From Raillietiella orientalis (taxonomy: Eukaryota), in NCBI GenBank assembly GCA_036172245.1, contig JAYWIR010000035.1:1984001-2048000 (forward strand): 64,000 nt of DNA. The letters run 5' to 3'. Under the pieces are notes generated by a model, which saw nothing but the letters and a program-made list of their open reading frames with translations, searched no databases and had not been told where the DNA came from. The position numbers and the translations under genes were made by a program. The number at the start of each line of letters is the position of its first letter. Position 1 is the first letter of the stretch. Positions 48,750 through 63,129 of this stretch are shown here, one piece after another.

Positions 48750-50300
48750 CATAGCATGAGCTCGCTTGCTCCATCACACCACGTGCGATCGCTGAACGAA
48801 GCACCCGGAGAGAGGGAGAGAGAAAGAATCAAGTAAGTGAGCACCCAAGAGAGAGCAGCCCGGAAAACAGAACCAGACACGTCCTCTTCGTCGTCTTTAC
48901 CGAGGTAAAGGAGCGAAGAGGACGTGTCTTGTATCGTCTGTCTCTTATCCGCAACCTGCACCAACCTTTGCCAGCGACTGCAAGATAGCACACGCTCTCG
49001 CAGATAAGAAAGAGTCAGAATCCTCACTGCTAGAGGGAAAGATGAAACCGAAAGGAATTTCTGGTGGTCGCCGAGGGAGCTCCCACATGGCGGAGGTTTC
49101 AGAAGTCGTAGATGTTGCGACCCAGTCTTGTCGAATACGCAGCTGAGCTTCTGCACAGACTGGAAGAAGATGAGTCCAGTCAAGACCCGGCTTCTCTTGT
49201 CTTTCCTAAGGCAAAACAAGAACTGGAATCAATCACAACCACGAGGCGGAAATCGCGTTGGTCATGGATTGAAAGCAACGAAAGGGAAAGCGACCGTGAG
49301 CGCGCCATCTTACAGCGAAAAACGAAAGCGCTCCACGAGTACTGAGCGTTTCCCAAACACGGGTTTTCTTGTATTTGACGGAGCATGGGGAGGCCTGTCA
49401 GAAATAAATTACTGAAGGATATGCAAACCCCGAACGCGTGGGCACTCGGGCTTGGCGGGTCCACAGCTGAACGCGCCCCCTCCCCCCTCAAAAGACGGAA
49501 AACACTAAAAGGGGGAAATGGGAAAAACACACCAGAGAAGTTCTTTCTCGAATAAGTCAGCCTCTTCAGAGAAGGAAGGATCGTTCTTTCAGCTGCTTCA
49601 GTGGGAGAAGACCTAAGGGAAATCAGGACACGTCATACTGACCTAAGTCATCCTGTTCAAGATCGTGGAGCCGCGTGTCTGTGTCGGCAAAACGGAGTGC
49701 GGAACCGCGACGGGCCACTTCTTTCCAAGCAGCACGTTCGAGACCAGAGCAGCATGCATCCTCCGCGGCACCGGCAGGTGCCAAATGGGAAGAGCCCGAG
49801 AGGAACGCTTCGAAAACTCTGGAGCGTCCTTCCATCACAACGCACCTTTTGATTCGTGGCAACGCCCGCCAGAACGTTGACTGCGGTTTCCGGCAGCGAG
49901 CGTTCTGGCAGACTCCCTTGGTTCCCCACGAACCAACATGCGCTTTTCGGCATCCCTCCCCTTCCTGTCCCCACTCTTCTAGACTCTCTTGCTTAACTCA
50001 AACATCTTTGCGGGATGCAAAGAACGGAACGTCGGGACGGAATGCACGGAACGGGACGTCGCCAAGCAGCAGACCGATTTCCTCCGGGATGGGCGGCGCG
50101 TGCACTCTGCAGGCCATCCCACCCACCATCTGGATGCTAGCGCACCGATGATGCTCCCTGGAGGAAGTTCCAGGAAGATCGAACAGCGGATGAGGCAAAG
50201 GCTGGGAGAGGATCTTCGCCCGGCGTTGAAACTGGATGCACGAAAACCAGGATCGATGGCGATCTTCATAGTTGCTTTTCCTCCTAGAGGTCATCCCACG
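48750..50300 (+). mobile_element. decayed LINE ORF2 fragments (linker, RT)
   Basis: RRKSRWSWIESNERES linker motif; CGFRQRAFWQTPL resembles GVRQGxPLSP. Confidence 0.5.
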
Positions 50301-51949
50301 CCTACTTTCAGGATGGTCGTCCTCACGGCCCGGGTCAGGTGCCACTTGCGGCGTACGCTGCTCTCTGGCGGTAGTGGCAGATTCTGCAGGGGTGCACCGC
50401 AGCGCGTTCTCGGCGGGTCACACGGCAGGTCGCGGCCGCGACCAACTCAGCGGCGACCAAGCGGAGAGCTGCCACCAACTGTGCCGGAAAACCACGCGAG
50501 CGACCTCCTCAGAGGAAGGATTTCGTGCTTCCAGAACGGAGGCGTTCCCCTCGACTGCGAGGGTCCCTTCCCGGTGAATTCCATCGTCAGAAATGCTGCT
50601 GCGCACGTCTTCCTTGGCTCGCGGCTCTCCGGAGCTCTCCCGACGCCCGCAGACAGGAGGGTTTCCTTCCTTCTGCTTCTGTTATGGAGCTTCGAGTTCC
50701 GGCTGCTCCTCGAAGAGTCCTCTCCGTGGGCCTGCCGCCGCATCACAGGCTGAAGGAAAGTTCTGATAGAAAACTTCCTTCCCTTTTGGGTTCGATCCGG
50801 GACGCATCATCTCGCTTGGTGTTTCTCGTTGCCGGAGACGCTCTCTCGCTGATCGTTTCAGAGAGGGAACGCACCGCTTACTTTCTTCCGGAAGTGGGCG
50901 GCATTCGATGTCCACGGCTGATGCCCCAGTGTTTGGGTGGCTGCTCTCAGAAGGTTCCGATTCACCTCACAGGTTCCTCTGGAGCGCGCTCTCTTCCGGA
51001 AGAACAGGTCACTGACGGGGAGAGGATCTCAGGTGCGGGACAGATGAACTAGGGAGGAAAAAGTAAAAAGAAAAAAAAATCCAAAAAAGAAACTGTTGCC
51101 CCATCCTGCTTGTTTTTAAATTCAGCAGCACCCGCGCTTTACCTCTTTTGTCCTTCCAGGTGGCTGCCGGATGAGTAAAAAGATGCTGAAGAGGGACCGA
51201 CTTTTCGTTCTCCGAGGTCGCCTTCTGATGTTGTGGGAAGCCTTCCAGGGTGCCTCTGAAGAACGAGGAAGGTTCCGCGTGATCTCTGTGATCTCTGTAA
51301 GTCCCTTGACCCCACCCTGGGTCCGGTACTTCCACGAAGATCGACTTTCAGAGCGCTCCATGCTCACGGAGATGCGCTGCGGACAGAACTCGGAATATCG
51401 GACGTTCGTCGCATGAGTTCAGAGGTGCGCCGACCGGGTTCTCGTGAGTGCATCCAGGCGGCAGCACCATCCGGCTAGCTCGACAGGCGCCGGCTAAGCC
51501 TGTTCTCCCTGACGGCGAATGCGTTCCTCAGCGTCCATCATTTTTCCATGCCTTTCCCTGAGGATGTCTCCCTAGCGGGAAGGGAAATTGCATCTCCGGA
51601 ACCCTCCCTCACGAGCCCCTAAAGGCCCTGTCCCCGAGTTTGCACTGCGCTCGCGTTCCGCCCCTTGAAACACAGCAGCCCCTCCGGACTTCGATGGAGC
51701 ACTACGACAGTGACACCGAGCCTCGGACGAGTTTCTTGACGCCAGCAGGACGAGAACGCGACTTCCGCATCGAAGGCTGCAAGCCGGGATCTCCCGAACA
51801 GCTCTTGCTGCTAGCTGGAAACTCCACGGCCAGAAGAGCTTCCAGGAGCTCCCAGAAAAGTTCCAAACTTTCAGCGCCGCACTCGGGATGAAAACAAAGA
51901 CGGGGAAAGTCATTCCGTTTTCATTTCGTTTTGTTTCATTTTTGCGGTC

Positions 51950-54100
51950 TGTTCCTGAGATACTCAAAGGTTCTCAACCCCATTTCCCGCTTCCACTCGG
52001 TGGATTCGTTCCTGCTCTGGAACCTCGCGATTTGCGGCGGAGACGGCTCTCCTTTGAGGAATCGGAAATACTACCGTGGGACCGGTAGCTTCCAGGGCTT
52101 TATCATCTGTGACGGAGTACCCGACTCTCGTGGATTCGTCTGAGGGGCAGCAAAGCGAAGGAAAATCCTGTGGAGCTTCGCAGCGACCCTTCACACCCAG
52201 ACATATCTCCACTCGGGAGGTTTCCGATTGGAGCGGACACTGCTGCATCATCATCCCCCCTTGTCGGTCTCCTCCCGCCCCATGGGACGTTTCCTGGACC
52301 CCCCAAATCGAACGCAGGCTGAAGGGTTGAGAAAGTGGACGTTCTCCCAGCATGGGAATGGAACTCTTCCATTTTTGATAGCCGGGGACCGCAGAGCGAT
52401 TCCGAAAGCGGAAAGAAACCCTCGCGTGCTGCCATGAAGTCACTTCGGAGGAGGTCACTTTACCGGTAGAGAAAAATCAAGGCGCACACGAGCACAGCTT
52501 TCAGTGTACGCAGGAGTTGTGCAACTTGCTCGCCCCTCGGAAACGCGGAGGAGGTGTGTCGCGTGCCTGTCGTGCGGATGCTGCCGGTGTGCAGGCCCAT
52601 CCAGGGAAAGTTCCCTGCGGTGGCGGTGGACCCTTGCAAGCCGAACGATCCCGCGGTTCCTGTGGGCTGCGTTTCTGCCGCTTACCACCCACCTCCTTTA
52701 CTTGAGCTGCATTTTTTGCAAGTGGTTCAGACGTGTTCGCTCACACTGGCCGCTGTTCCGTTTGAGGGCCTATCCATTGGCATTGAGGGTCGGGGGAGGT
52801 CGTATTGAAAGGGTATGGAAGAGGGTGCTCTTCCCCAGTGGCGCACGCTCATCAGAGGGAGTCGTTACGTGGGTAGGCGCGGATTCCTCTCGAACGGGGT
52901 ATTTCGTGGTACGCTTTTCGGGTGAGCGAACCTGAGACGCACGCTGCCATCGAGCGGGGACACACTCGTCGTACCGGTCTTCTATTTGCCAAGTTGTGCC
53001 ATGCTGCCTGCCTACAACTCATCGCTATGCCCCTTTCCGACGTCATGTCCTTCTCCGATCTGTCTTCTCTGACGCCTTCTCAGCTCCCTTAGCCGTCTCC
53101 CGTTGTTTCAACGTCGAGTTCGTTCCCGCCATTTCGTTCGGCACCCGCGTGCGAAGCGGTCGCATGGCTCTTGTCCCAACGCCATCTAGGGGCATCGTCT
53201 TCAAGTAAAACGCGTTTCTGCAAGCGCTGCTCCACGTATCATGGGTGTCAGAGACTGCTGGCGCCTTTCGGGAGCCATCTAGCATCCCAACCTCGGCTGG
53301 TGCACCTCAAGTCTCGGTTTCGGGAAGGTCACAACCTCTTGGAAAAGTGAGAAAGCAGCCCCTGGTTGGATACCACCAAGAGTTTCCCATCCTGTCTTTT
53401 TCGCGGTCATCACTCCGCTTTCGTGTCTCCAAGGTGACCGCGCTGTTTCAAGAGGCTTTGGTGTTTACACCTCACTGTCTTCTGAGAACAAGACAGTGAG
53501 GTGTGAGCTTCCCTTTCTTTCCAGGAGGAGATTTACCAGGGCTCCTTCTGAAGCCACCTTCAGAAGGTGTTCTGGTGGGTCCATTCCTCGCCCTTCTTCT
53601 CAGTCTTCCTGTGTCTGCCTGGCACCCCTACATGATCCCGTTTTTCTAATAAAGTGCCTGCTGCTGGGAGCTCCAGGGAATCAACGGTTTTCTGGATTCG
53701 CGCATCGATCGATCTCAATGATCCAAGGGGGTGGTGTGGTTGGGCTATGCTGTCCGCCATTTTCCAATAGACACCATGACAGTGCTGGAGGGTGGACAGG
53801 TTTCGAGGAGCGCTCGCGTAGTAACTGGGATCGGCTCTAATCTGCCTCGGCGCTTTCAGTCTCAGTACATTCCTTACAGAAAGGCCTCTCTCCACTGTGC
53901 GAGCGACCATAGCACGTGGTCCACGGGAGCATTCATCTCGTGCTTTCGTGATCGAACCTTCGCACCCAGTTTCCTCCTCCAGGCGGACGCTAAGTACCCA
54001 CCCGACTGATTCCACCCATGCGTCGGACTCACCAGCTATCCTGCAACCTCCGGACAAAGGGAAAACCAAGCGACATCCCATCCTGAAGGCCCAGGGCTCA
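51950..54100 (+). mobile_element. decayed LINE RT/thumb fragments
   Basis: GRFPIGADTAASSSPL (RT block 4-like); LVPTPSRGIVFK*NAFLQALLHVSW (PxxxGGL...ALLxxW-like). Confidence 0.4.
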
Positions 54101-55579
54101 GCCGACGGAATGCTGCTCTTTCAGAACCATCGGATGCTCTCTCGCTTCAGATTCCGCTCTCCCTGTGATCCTGTCCCGAGGCCATGACCGGAGTCACAGG
54201 AACCAGGTAAGTTTCGCTCGCCATCGACATCCTCTTTCTCGGAAGAGGGAGACTGCACTTCTTCGGTACAGAATCGCAAAGACGTCGGCTGGAGGACCTA
54301 TTTTCCACGAGGGAGTAGAGCGGTGAAAGGGGGAGATAGGGTGGAGGGGAGCTAGCAGGGAGAGCAGCCAATCAGACGGCAGTCTTGGGTTTTCCTCCCC
54401 CGCAGTCCCTATCTTCCATGGTCAACTTCCTCGTAGGAATCTTCACTGATGTCCACCAGGGCAGTTTTTCTGCCCCCCTTTTTTTTTTTTCACCTTCCTC
54501 AAGGGAAAGAGGGGAGCACGGAAGTTCAGGGAATAATCTGGAGCGGAAGAGGTCTCAGGGAGGGGAGACGGCTGTCTCCTTCCGCGCCACATCGCTCCAG
54601 GGGCTTCCCTTCGATGGCGAAGCGGAATTGCTCAGCCTGGGCGCCGCCGTCTCCCGCAAGTCAAACTTTTCCTGCTGTGGGAATGGGGGGAGCAGATTTT
54701 CCTGGATCCATTATCTCGAGCCGATGTCCCAGAAGGACCTGACGAGCCGCCTTGGTTCGGCTGGCGTGCCTCGCAGGAGACCGGAGATCTACCGGCTCGA
54801 GGCACATCTTTCTGGGAGCGGTTTCCGTGGCAACCCGTCCGCTGCGGCACTCGGGCGCGTCGCCGATCCCCCGTCTGGCCGATTCCTTGCGCGCGCGCTT
54901 CTCCTTCCGGCAACCGCGCCTCTCCTCCGGGGACGTGGCCTCCGCCGCCGCCGCCTCGCTGCCGGGCGGTTGCCACGCGTGCCGGCCGCGACCTCGGGCG
55001 GGACAGCCTCTCCCTGGATCGCGCGTTCGAGGAGCTGGGCGCCCTCTCCCAGAGCGCGGTGAATCCCGGAAACCCTGACGTCTCCTGAGCTGTTGAATCT
55101 AAGAGGAAGCAGGGCAGTGGGTTGCAAGGGATTAGGGATCGCGAGAGCAGAGTGGGGAGCGGTTCCGGAATGCGCCACGCGTCTGTCCTGGTCGCCCTGG
55201 AAGGTTTCAGGGCGGTGGCGGCGCCACGAAAAAGTGCTTTTTTTCCCCTCTCTTCCCCCCCCCCCTCTCCCCCGAACTGCCCTTTCTGCGGGGAGAGGAG
55301 AGACGGTCGGTTGTCGCTGGTGTTTTCGAAACCGCCTCGAGGCGAATTCTTTTCCTCCTCGGACGAGCAGCGGTCTCTTTGCGTGCTTGGGCGGATAAAG
55401 CAAGAGCAACTTGTTTTTGACGGCGCTCGGCCAAGAGCGGGATCCGGGAGCCTCGTCTGACTTCCACTCCCGCGACCTCTCGTCGGAGCTCTCGCAAGTG
55501 CCCGCACGCGCGTAGCATCACATCTCGGAGAGGCGAGGGAGCGTGCGGCTGCAGACGCGAGGTCGGGTCTGCTCGAGCA

Positions 55580-56100
55580 GAGATGCCGGAAGGGCGCCGC
55601 TGGCGTCCCACGGCTTCATCTTTTTCATCCGACGCGCGCAACCCACTCCTTCGCGCGCTGTATGGCAGCTGCTGGCCTCTCGCGTCGCCCGGAGCAACCA
55701 CGGCGACTAAGAAAGCAGGAACGCTGAGGCCGCTGCTGTCGTCGACGCGAGAGCGAGCGGCGCAAGCGGCAGCCCTCTTGAACGGCTCGGACGGGTGCCT
55801 TCTTGACTCTGTCGTCTGGATCCTTGCGCCTGGCCATCGACGGAGCTATCCGCGGGAGCCGGCCGGGAGAGGCGCATGGCTCGAGAGGGATAAACGGGAG
55901 CCGGAAGAGGAGGACCGAAGCGAACGCTTCCGCGGTCCGCTCGCTCCGTTTCGGCGGCGGCGGAGCTCGGTCGGCGGTTACTGTGGCTCCGGGGCAGAAG
56001 GAGGGGGTTTTCGCGACGGAAGCCGCCGCCGGGTGGCTGTGCGTCTGAACGAGGGCGAAACCGGTTACGTTGGGTAACCCTCCCTCCACCTCCTCAACCT
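55580..56100 (+). mobile_element. decayed LINE RT fragment
   Basis: RWRPTASSFSSDARNPLLRAL (cf. NWRPISLxNxDxKIxxxAL); AALLNGSDGCLLDSVVW (cf. ALLxLDxxKAFDxVxW). Confidence 0.55.
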
Positions 56101-57799
56101 TCCCCCGCGCGACGACCCAACAGCGGCAACCGTCCAGGCGGTCCGCGTGCTTGGAGCTCAGCAGCAGGCGTCGATCTCCGTCAGGCGTCGTCTCTGTCCG
56201 AGTGAGGCGGATCGCGAGCGACGACGGATGGATCCCTCTTCCGCCGCCATCCCCTTTCGCCGCTCCCGCGCGGAGCGGATGCTGCCTCCTGGCAGCAACG
56301 CGACCACCGGCCCGCGTCCCTCGGGCAACACGCCGGAGGCGGAGCACCGGCCGATGCTCTCCGTCCATGGCGATGTTCAGCTGCGCGGTTGCCTGTGAAT
56401 CACTCCGAATCGGAGAGCGCCAAAATGGCCTTCCTTCCCAGAAGAGGCGAGCAGGTCCGGGACCATCCGGATGAGGAAGCAGCCCTTCTGCTTGTCCTTG
56501 TGGCATGTGACAGGCGACTCGCCTGTCCCCAGAGGACAGCTCTGCGGCCGGGACTGGTAGTCCCGCGCGCGGCTTGACGCGGCGCGTCTGCTCGCGAGCA
56601 GCGCCATCGGCTCCGCCCAGGATCCGGGGGATCGGGAGGGCGGCGGCCAGGTCCCTCTCGGTCCAGAGGTAGTCCCGGTGCTGCTTCGCTGCTCCGGGGA
56701 AAAAAGATTTTTTCTTTCTTCGGCCGGTCTCTCCCCGCCACCCCTGACTAGTGGTCCTCTCGTCGACGCGACAGTCGAGGCACCCTCCCTCGACGGCGGC
56801 CTGCGTTTCCCCGAAGGGCGCCTCAGGCGCGGTGAAGTGCAGATCACGGGGCGCCCCCTGGAAGACGCGGTCCCGCTCGCCGCCCAGCGGCGTCCGTTCT
56901 GCCTCCCTCCTCTCGCGTGTTGGTGCAGGATGTGTTGATCCGATGTTCCCACATCTCCCGTAGCTGAGGGCATCCTCTGCTAGGATGGAGATGGGAAGGG
57001 AGGGAGGAAGAGAACGTCAGGGGGGAGGAGGGAAGGAAGAAGTCGCTTCCTTCCTGAAGAAGCCCTCGGATCCCCCCTGGCGTGAAGACACTGGACAGTC
57101 CTGAAGTCAGCATTTCGTCCGCGGTCCCGGAAGAGCGTCGAAAGCTTCAGAAGGAGTTTCAGGCGGTGCTCAGAGAGCCGAGCCTGAAGACACCCTTCCT
57201 TTCTCTCCGGCCATCCAGGGAGTCGGGGTGAGGGGATGAGCAAGTGCTTCCGTCTTGTGCGTTCCGCTCGTGGGTCCTCAAGTCTCCTCGGAGCTCAGCA
57301 CACGGAAGGGAAACGGGGTTGGTGCCTCTACCAGATAGCCCTTCTCCACCACGACGTCACACCCGTGCTGGAGTTCCGGAGAAAGCGAAGGGCAGAGAAG
57401 ATGGCACGGAAGTCGCGCCCCCAGGCTCCACCGTGGTCCTGAGGTCGCGAGGCGAGACCAAGGGGCCGCGACGACTCTGGTCAAGGTTCGCCAGCCGGAC
57501 GCTTCCACCTCTTCCGGGTCGAAGACGAAAGTCCTTGCGCATCCGCCTCCTAGGCCTTCCCCCCTCCGGCGGTAGGAGGGTGCCGGCGACGAGCCTCCCG
57601 TCTGGTTGCCGACCGAGTGACTCAGCGTCCTCTCCGGCGTCTCGGCGGAAGAATCCACTTTTAAAAGAGTACCAGAAAGGAGCCAACTCGAAAACCTGAA
57701 GAATTCCATCATCGTCGTGTAAGACAAGGAACGGAAGACGAGCTGCTGAAGGGAACGCAGCCTTTTCTGAACGGCTCTCTGTCCCGTGCCGAAGGGTGG

Positions 57800-60700
57800 A
57801 TGGATGACACATCCGACGGAATGACACTTGCGCAGGCACGCTGCTCGCACCGACCTCAGCAGCATGCCGCTTCCATCTTGAGGAGTCACCTAACTCTCTC
57901 GAGATGGCCGCGCCAACTTCAGACAACCGCTGTGACCTCCTCTATCGCTGTGGCTATAGGTGAAGGTCTGAGAGCTTCACATCCGGGGAGAATTCGACGA
58001 CGCCACATGGGAAGAGGACATGGATGACCTGAAATTGGAGCAGCTCTTGCTGCTACTCCCGTTATGAGGGTATCGATCATGGGAGTTCGACAATCTGAGG
58101 TTGACATCGGACTGAATCATCGGTGACCGTTCTGGATCACACCAACCTCGGTGAACTCTCACGACAGGCGCAACTCGGGCTTATCGAGAGGGCAGGCAGT
58201 TTCGAACTGAGGTACCTTTGTGGCGAAGAACTGGCTAAGGGGAGCCAACCTACGTCCCGGACAAACGAAAGCAGATCCTGGCGTCATCGCGATGTCTCGA
58301 ATTACTCGACAGCCATGTTCTTCGGCGGAGAGGGTCTTGCGGGGAGGGTCGGCCTCCCTTTACATGCCCGCGGGGCTGCTTGTCCTATTCCGCCTGCCCT
58401 GCCCACCCATCACAATCTTCAACCCACGAATCCCTGGAACTTCAGGGAAGCATGAAGAAGACGGGGATCCGCCTGAAGTGTCATTGTGGAGCCGGTCATC
58501 AGGTTGCGGTTCCCCTTCTGCTCTGCAATTGTCTGCCAGTTCCCCAGCCTCATGACGAAGCGCTCGCCTTGCTGCTTCCGCAGATGTTTATCCAGATAGA
58601 GTAAGGGTAGCGCTTCAGTGGTTCGCGAAACAAAATCTCTGAGAATCCGTGTATCGAGTCTGCCGCCAAAGTTTCGGGATGCTCCTCTCTTCCAGTTCGT
58701 CCAGAGAAAGCGTCCCCGTGTCTTGTGCGGATCTGAAGGCCACCTACAGAGAAGTTTTGTGGGCGGTGACATTTCCGGAAAGGCTCAGCTTTATCTCGAC
58801 GGAATTACGGGCGTCGTCATGCCATGGCACGCGAAGGACCGATTCCCGAGCTGAAATCTTCATAGAGGCCGCTTAGCCAGTGGCTGTCCACCTTCCTCTC
58901 TCTCAGAGAAGAAAAGCTTGGAAGCTGCTGCAGCATCTCTCAGGGAGTTTTCCTTTTAGGGAACAGCTCTCCGAGGACGAACGGATATTCAAAAGGATTT
59001 CTGTGATTTTGGAGTTTCAAAGTTCCAAGGTGGAAACACCAGCAATCCACTGTCGTTGTTCCTTCCGCCAAAGACTTGCTCTGGTAAGCTTCCCTATGCT
59101 CTCAGGAAGGCGCCCTCGGAGGTTGTCCGGTCCTCACTTGCAAAGCAGGTCTTTGAGGGACGAGTCGGAAGAGACGCGTCACGAGCTCCACATCCACTCG
59201 CGATCCGTTTCTGCAGGCACGCGAGTTCTCCAGCACTTCGCATCGTTCCCGCGTCTCATTCGAGATTTGTAATGGACTTCCTGCGTGTCGGAATCTCCGA
59301 ACACTCCAGAAGAAATGAGCATTTTTCTGAACAAGTTGAAAAATTCATCACAAGAAGCATCCATCCCTTGTGCATGCCTTTCATCCTCAAATTTCTCACG
59401 GGGTACTTCGATGTCAGACTAAGCCTTCCGAGTTATCCGCGGGTTGAAGTCAGGAGGGGTCACAGCTCCGTCGGCACAGATGCCACAGACACATATCGAC
59501 AAAGCTCGGCGATCACGGCCAGGATTTCCGGGGAGTTCTTCCACATCTCCCGAGCAGTGTGCTGCAGTCGGGTCAGTGGTGATGAACGCCTGTGAGACGA
59601 ACGTTGAGAGCCACGGAGAGTGCCCGTCATGTCACGAAGGCGCCATTAGCTCCGTCTGCATCATTTCTTAAAGGAATCTCCTATTTTTTTCTATCTACTG
59701 CACATTGGAGAAATTCTATTTTTATTGCTAATTATTTTGTATTGTAGAATTCGGTCCTCGCCGTAAAGTATTTAGTGACGATTTTTATACGGGATGCCCT
59801 TATTTTACGCTCCACCTGAACCAAGCTGAGGAGGAATGCCCGTCGAAGACTTCCAGTGAGGAAGTTCGCTTTCGTTCGCAAGGAACTGCTAAACGTAGCG
59901 GCTTCACAACGAGACGGGAATGCTGTCGAGCTGAGCTGCCACTCGCAGAGCTCATCTCGCGAGCATCCACCGATCAAACTGGAGGTGCAAAAGACCTTCC
60001 GCCCGAGCGGAGGAGAACCGAGAACTTCACATCCAGAGCGAATTCGATGATGCCACACGGAAAGAGGACATGGCTTACCTGAAATCGGGGGCAGCTTTCG
60101 CTGCTACTCCCGTTATGAGGTTACCAATACGGGAGCTCGACAATCTGAGCCCGACATCAAGCAAGAGCAGAAGGGAACTCGAGCCACCCTTCCGACAGAA
60201 TCCCTAAAACTCTGCCTCCGACGGAGGGGGCGGCACTCTGCGGGCCAGCAGAGGATTCGCCGCGGGAGCACTCGAGTAGGTGATGCGCAAGAGAACGTTT
60301 GGCGCACAGAGTGAAGTGGAGGGGAAGGTGGAGCTAGTAAAATGGAGCACAGCGATGGCGCTCTGATCCCTAAGGGGCACGCACGAGAGATCCTATGAAA
60401 ATTCTCTGCCCCACTAAGCTGCATCGGTGCTGTGCGAAGAGGAAGTTCCGAGTGCATGGAGCCTCTTCCCTGCACAAAACCGCTGCAAATCATCCGGCAG
60501 CACTCATTCCAAGGAAGACGCTTTAAAGACAGAAGGCGAGTCTCACGCGCCACACGTCCACAAGGCTTCTCCTCTCTGAAAGAGGCATATTTCTCTCAGC
60601 CGTCTTGGTAACCCAATAGAATGCTCACTCGAGTCTACTCATCCTCAGATGGCGGAAGAAAGAATCGGCAGCCTGTGGAGGGAACATTCTCACACAAAGG

Positions 60701-60900
60701 AACGGTGTATGCTGGAGTGTTTCTCCCTCCTGTTATTTCACCGATTGCTTGCAGGAGCAAAAAAGATGGAGCAGCAGCCCTCGAAACAATCAAACCAGAG
60801 AAGCCATTTTGCACGTCTTCTTGGATCGCAAAGGCATCCATAAACCACATGGACTGCCAGTAGCTTCCATGCATCCAGAGAGATGAAGCCACACAGAGAT
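57800..60900 (+). mobile_element. two tandem LINE 5' fragments (ORF1-like; EN motifs in the first)
   Basis: 57975-58108 and 60025-60158 are diverged direct copies (ELHIRGEFDDAT / ELHIQSEFDDAT); SKGSASVV and FVGGDIS EN-like motifs at ~58600-58775. Confidence 0.55.
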
Positions 60901-63129
60901 CATTTTCTATACTTCCCTCCGTGTCATTTGCGATCCAGGCAGATCATACGGATGCCAATTTCCAGAATCCACAACCAGCGGCATTAGAGTAATGCAGCTA
61001 CTGATAGGTCCCGCGATGTTTTATGAGAAGAAGCCTGCGTCCCCCACTGCTATTCGGAAAACCCCACGCCGAATGGCTCTTGGGCACATCGACGACTAGG
61101 TTAACGAGAGCGCAAGTGGTCCACCGCTGCGCTTGGTGTTGATCCTTTTGGTGGAAAGTACGATTTTCCGTTCGGTTTTCTCGAGCTCCGGTTCAGGTGA
61201 GGACGGGAGATGCTGGAATTGTCTCGTGTTCAGAGCACCAGAAAAATGGCGACGATGACCAAAAGCCGACTCTCCCGGAAGAGCAAGATGCACCTCACTA
61301 TTCCGAAGATTCAGCGAAACCCATCACAAGGGCGGGAGCTTCTTGCGTCGGAGCTTCACGGAGCATCTCTGGAGCTGGAGCGCCAAGGTGCAGGCTGCTC
61401 CTTGGCGTAATTCCATCTGGGTTCTTGAAGCATCAGTTCCGAAGCTCCGAAAGGAGTTTTTTTTTTTTTTTATTGACCAGCACGGCAGAGAAAATCAAGG
61501 ACTTGCAAACAGCTTCGTGGAGAGTCAACATGCCTTTTCTATGAGAACATTCGACTCGCCTCTGAGCCTTAGGATACTTCAGGAATACCGGATATCGCGA
61601 TCTGGATGCAAGTTATAAGCAGCTATCTACGAATTCTAATCGCCCAGTGTTGGACGTATTTGGAGTTGTTTTATACTTTATACCGAGACTGTTGCTCGTT
61701 AGACAGCTATGCTACGTTGGCTTCTCCTTGTGAGATGCGAACGCCCGTTCTATGAGACGGAACCTTTTAGCGTCGTATCTATAAATCACTTTGGTGTGAA
61801 ACCAACGCTTCCCGCTGCAATCCACTTGCAGATATCTATACTCATAGAACGTTAGGGTGTGAATGAATCTTGAATGAATGAATGAATCCACGTATCCTAC
61901 TGGTCACTATTTTCTTCGGTGGAGAGTCGGGAGATATCGCTCACAGCATCACCAGGACGGCAGTTCGTAATTCGGCTTTGACGTGTAGGGTGTCCCAGGA
62001 AATCTGAAAGCCCCCCTCACTCTTGGACTGGGTGGGTAACGTTCGAAGTGTTCCGAGCTGGAGGATTACGGGAGAAATACAAGATGGCTTCCAGGTCGGA
62101 CGTTCCTGGGGGCTCTTGCAGTTTCGGGTCTAGGAGCTGCAGCAGCAGGCAGTTGCTAGATCGCCGATTTCTGAATCTACCAAGCCTTCTGAAATTTAAG
62201 CGGACGAGTGAGCAAAAAGTCTGCAAAGAGTGAGCAACCGAAACAGCCAAATGAAACCCCACGATGAATGAATGAATACGCGATTCAGGAGTTCAACTCA
62301 CATGAGTCATTTTCGCTGTCTCAAAGAGATGGATGGCACGAGCAACCATTTAGTCCCTTTGCTTACGGGGGTATTTCTTTCCTCATTTAGGAGGTCTTCT
62401 CTCACACACTTGTTCGGAAGGGAATACGCTCTCTCTGATGACGGACTCTACCGGCTGCGAAGTGCATTTTTACGCCTCGGAGAACACTCTTTTGAGTGTT
62501 CCTAAGTTCGACGAATTTGTGTATTGTGATAAAGTGTAGTCTGAGCAGCTTTAGGGGAAGGGAACACTAGTTTTACGAGAGCTTCTAGGGAATTTTCGCT
62601 TCGAACCACTGGAGAATGCGGAGAATATTCCAAACCGAAGGGGCATCCCCGAAGTATTACAACACTCACGAACGATCATTGGTCATTGCTTGGAAACGCA
62701 TCTTTTAATCTCTTAACTCGTCGGCAGGCACTTTCGCTGAGTTTTCTTGATTCTCACCGAAGATCAGCTCTCCATTCAACGAAACACATTCGTTTGCAAT
62801 CACACGATCAGGACACGTGTTTTTTTTTTCCTAGCGATTTCAAGGTACCTGAGCGAGCGAGCATTTTACCCGTGCAGTCACATGCGTGCACAGTGAAAAT
62901 GGCAGGATGAAACTGATCATTTGTGTGTCCTTAAGTAATCCCGAACGTAACTTGAACTACCATTGTACCCCATTGCTTGAAAGCACCCTAAGAGCACAAA
63001 GAAACACCGCTGCGCAAAGATTACCACACTGTTACGTTCTTATTCTCGCACTCCGTTCGTTTCTTCGCTCATTACTAATTTTCTTCCAAGGGATGCCTAC
63101 CCGTTTTCGATAACCTGAGGAGGGGGAGA

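Noticed and set aside
62435..62465. Hammerhead-like CTGATGA plus short stem
   Set aside because: No GAAA after stem II and no stems I/III
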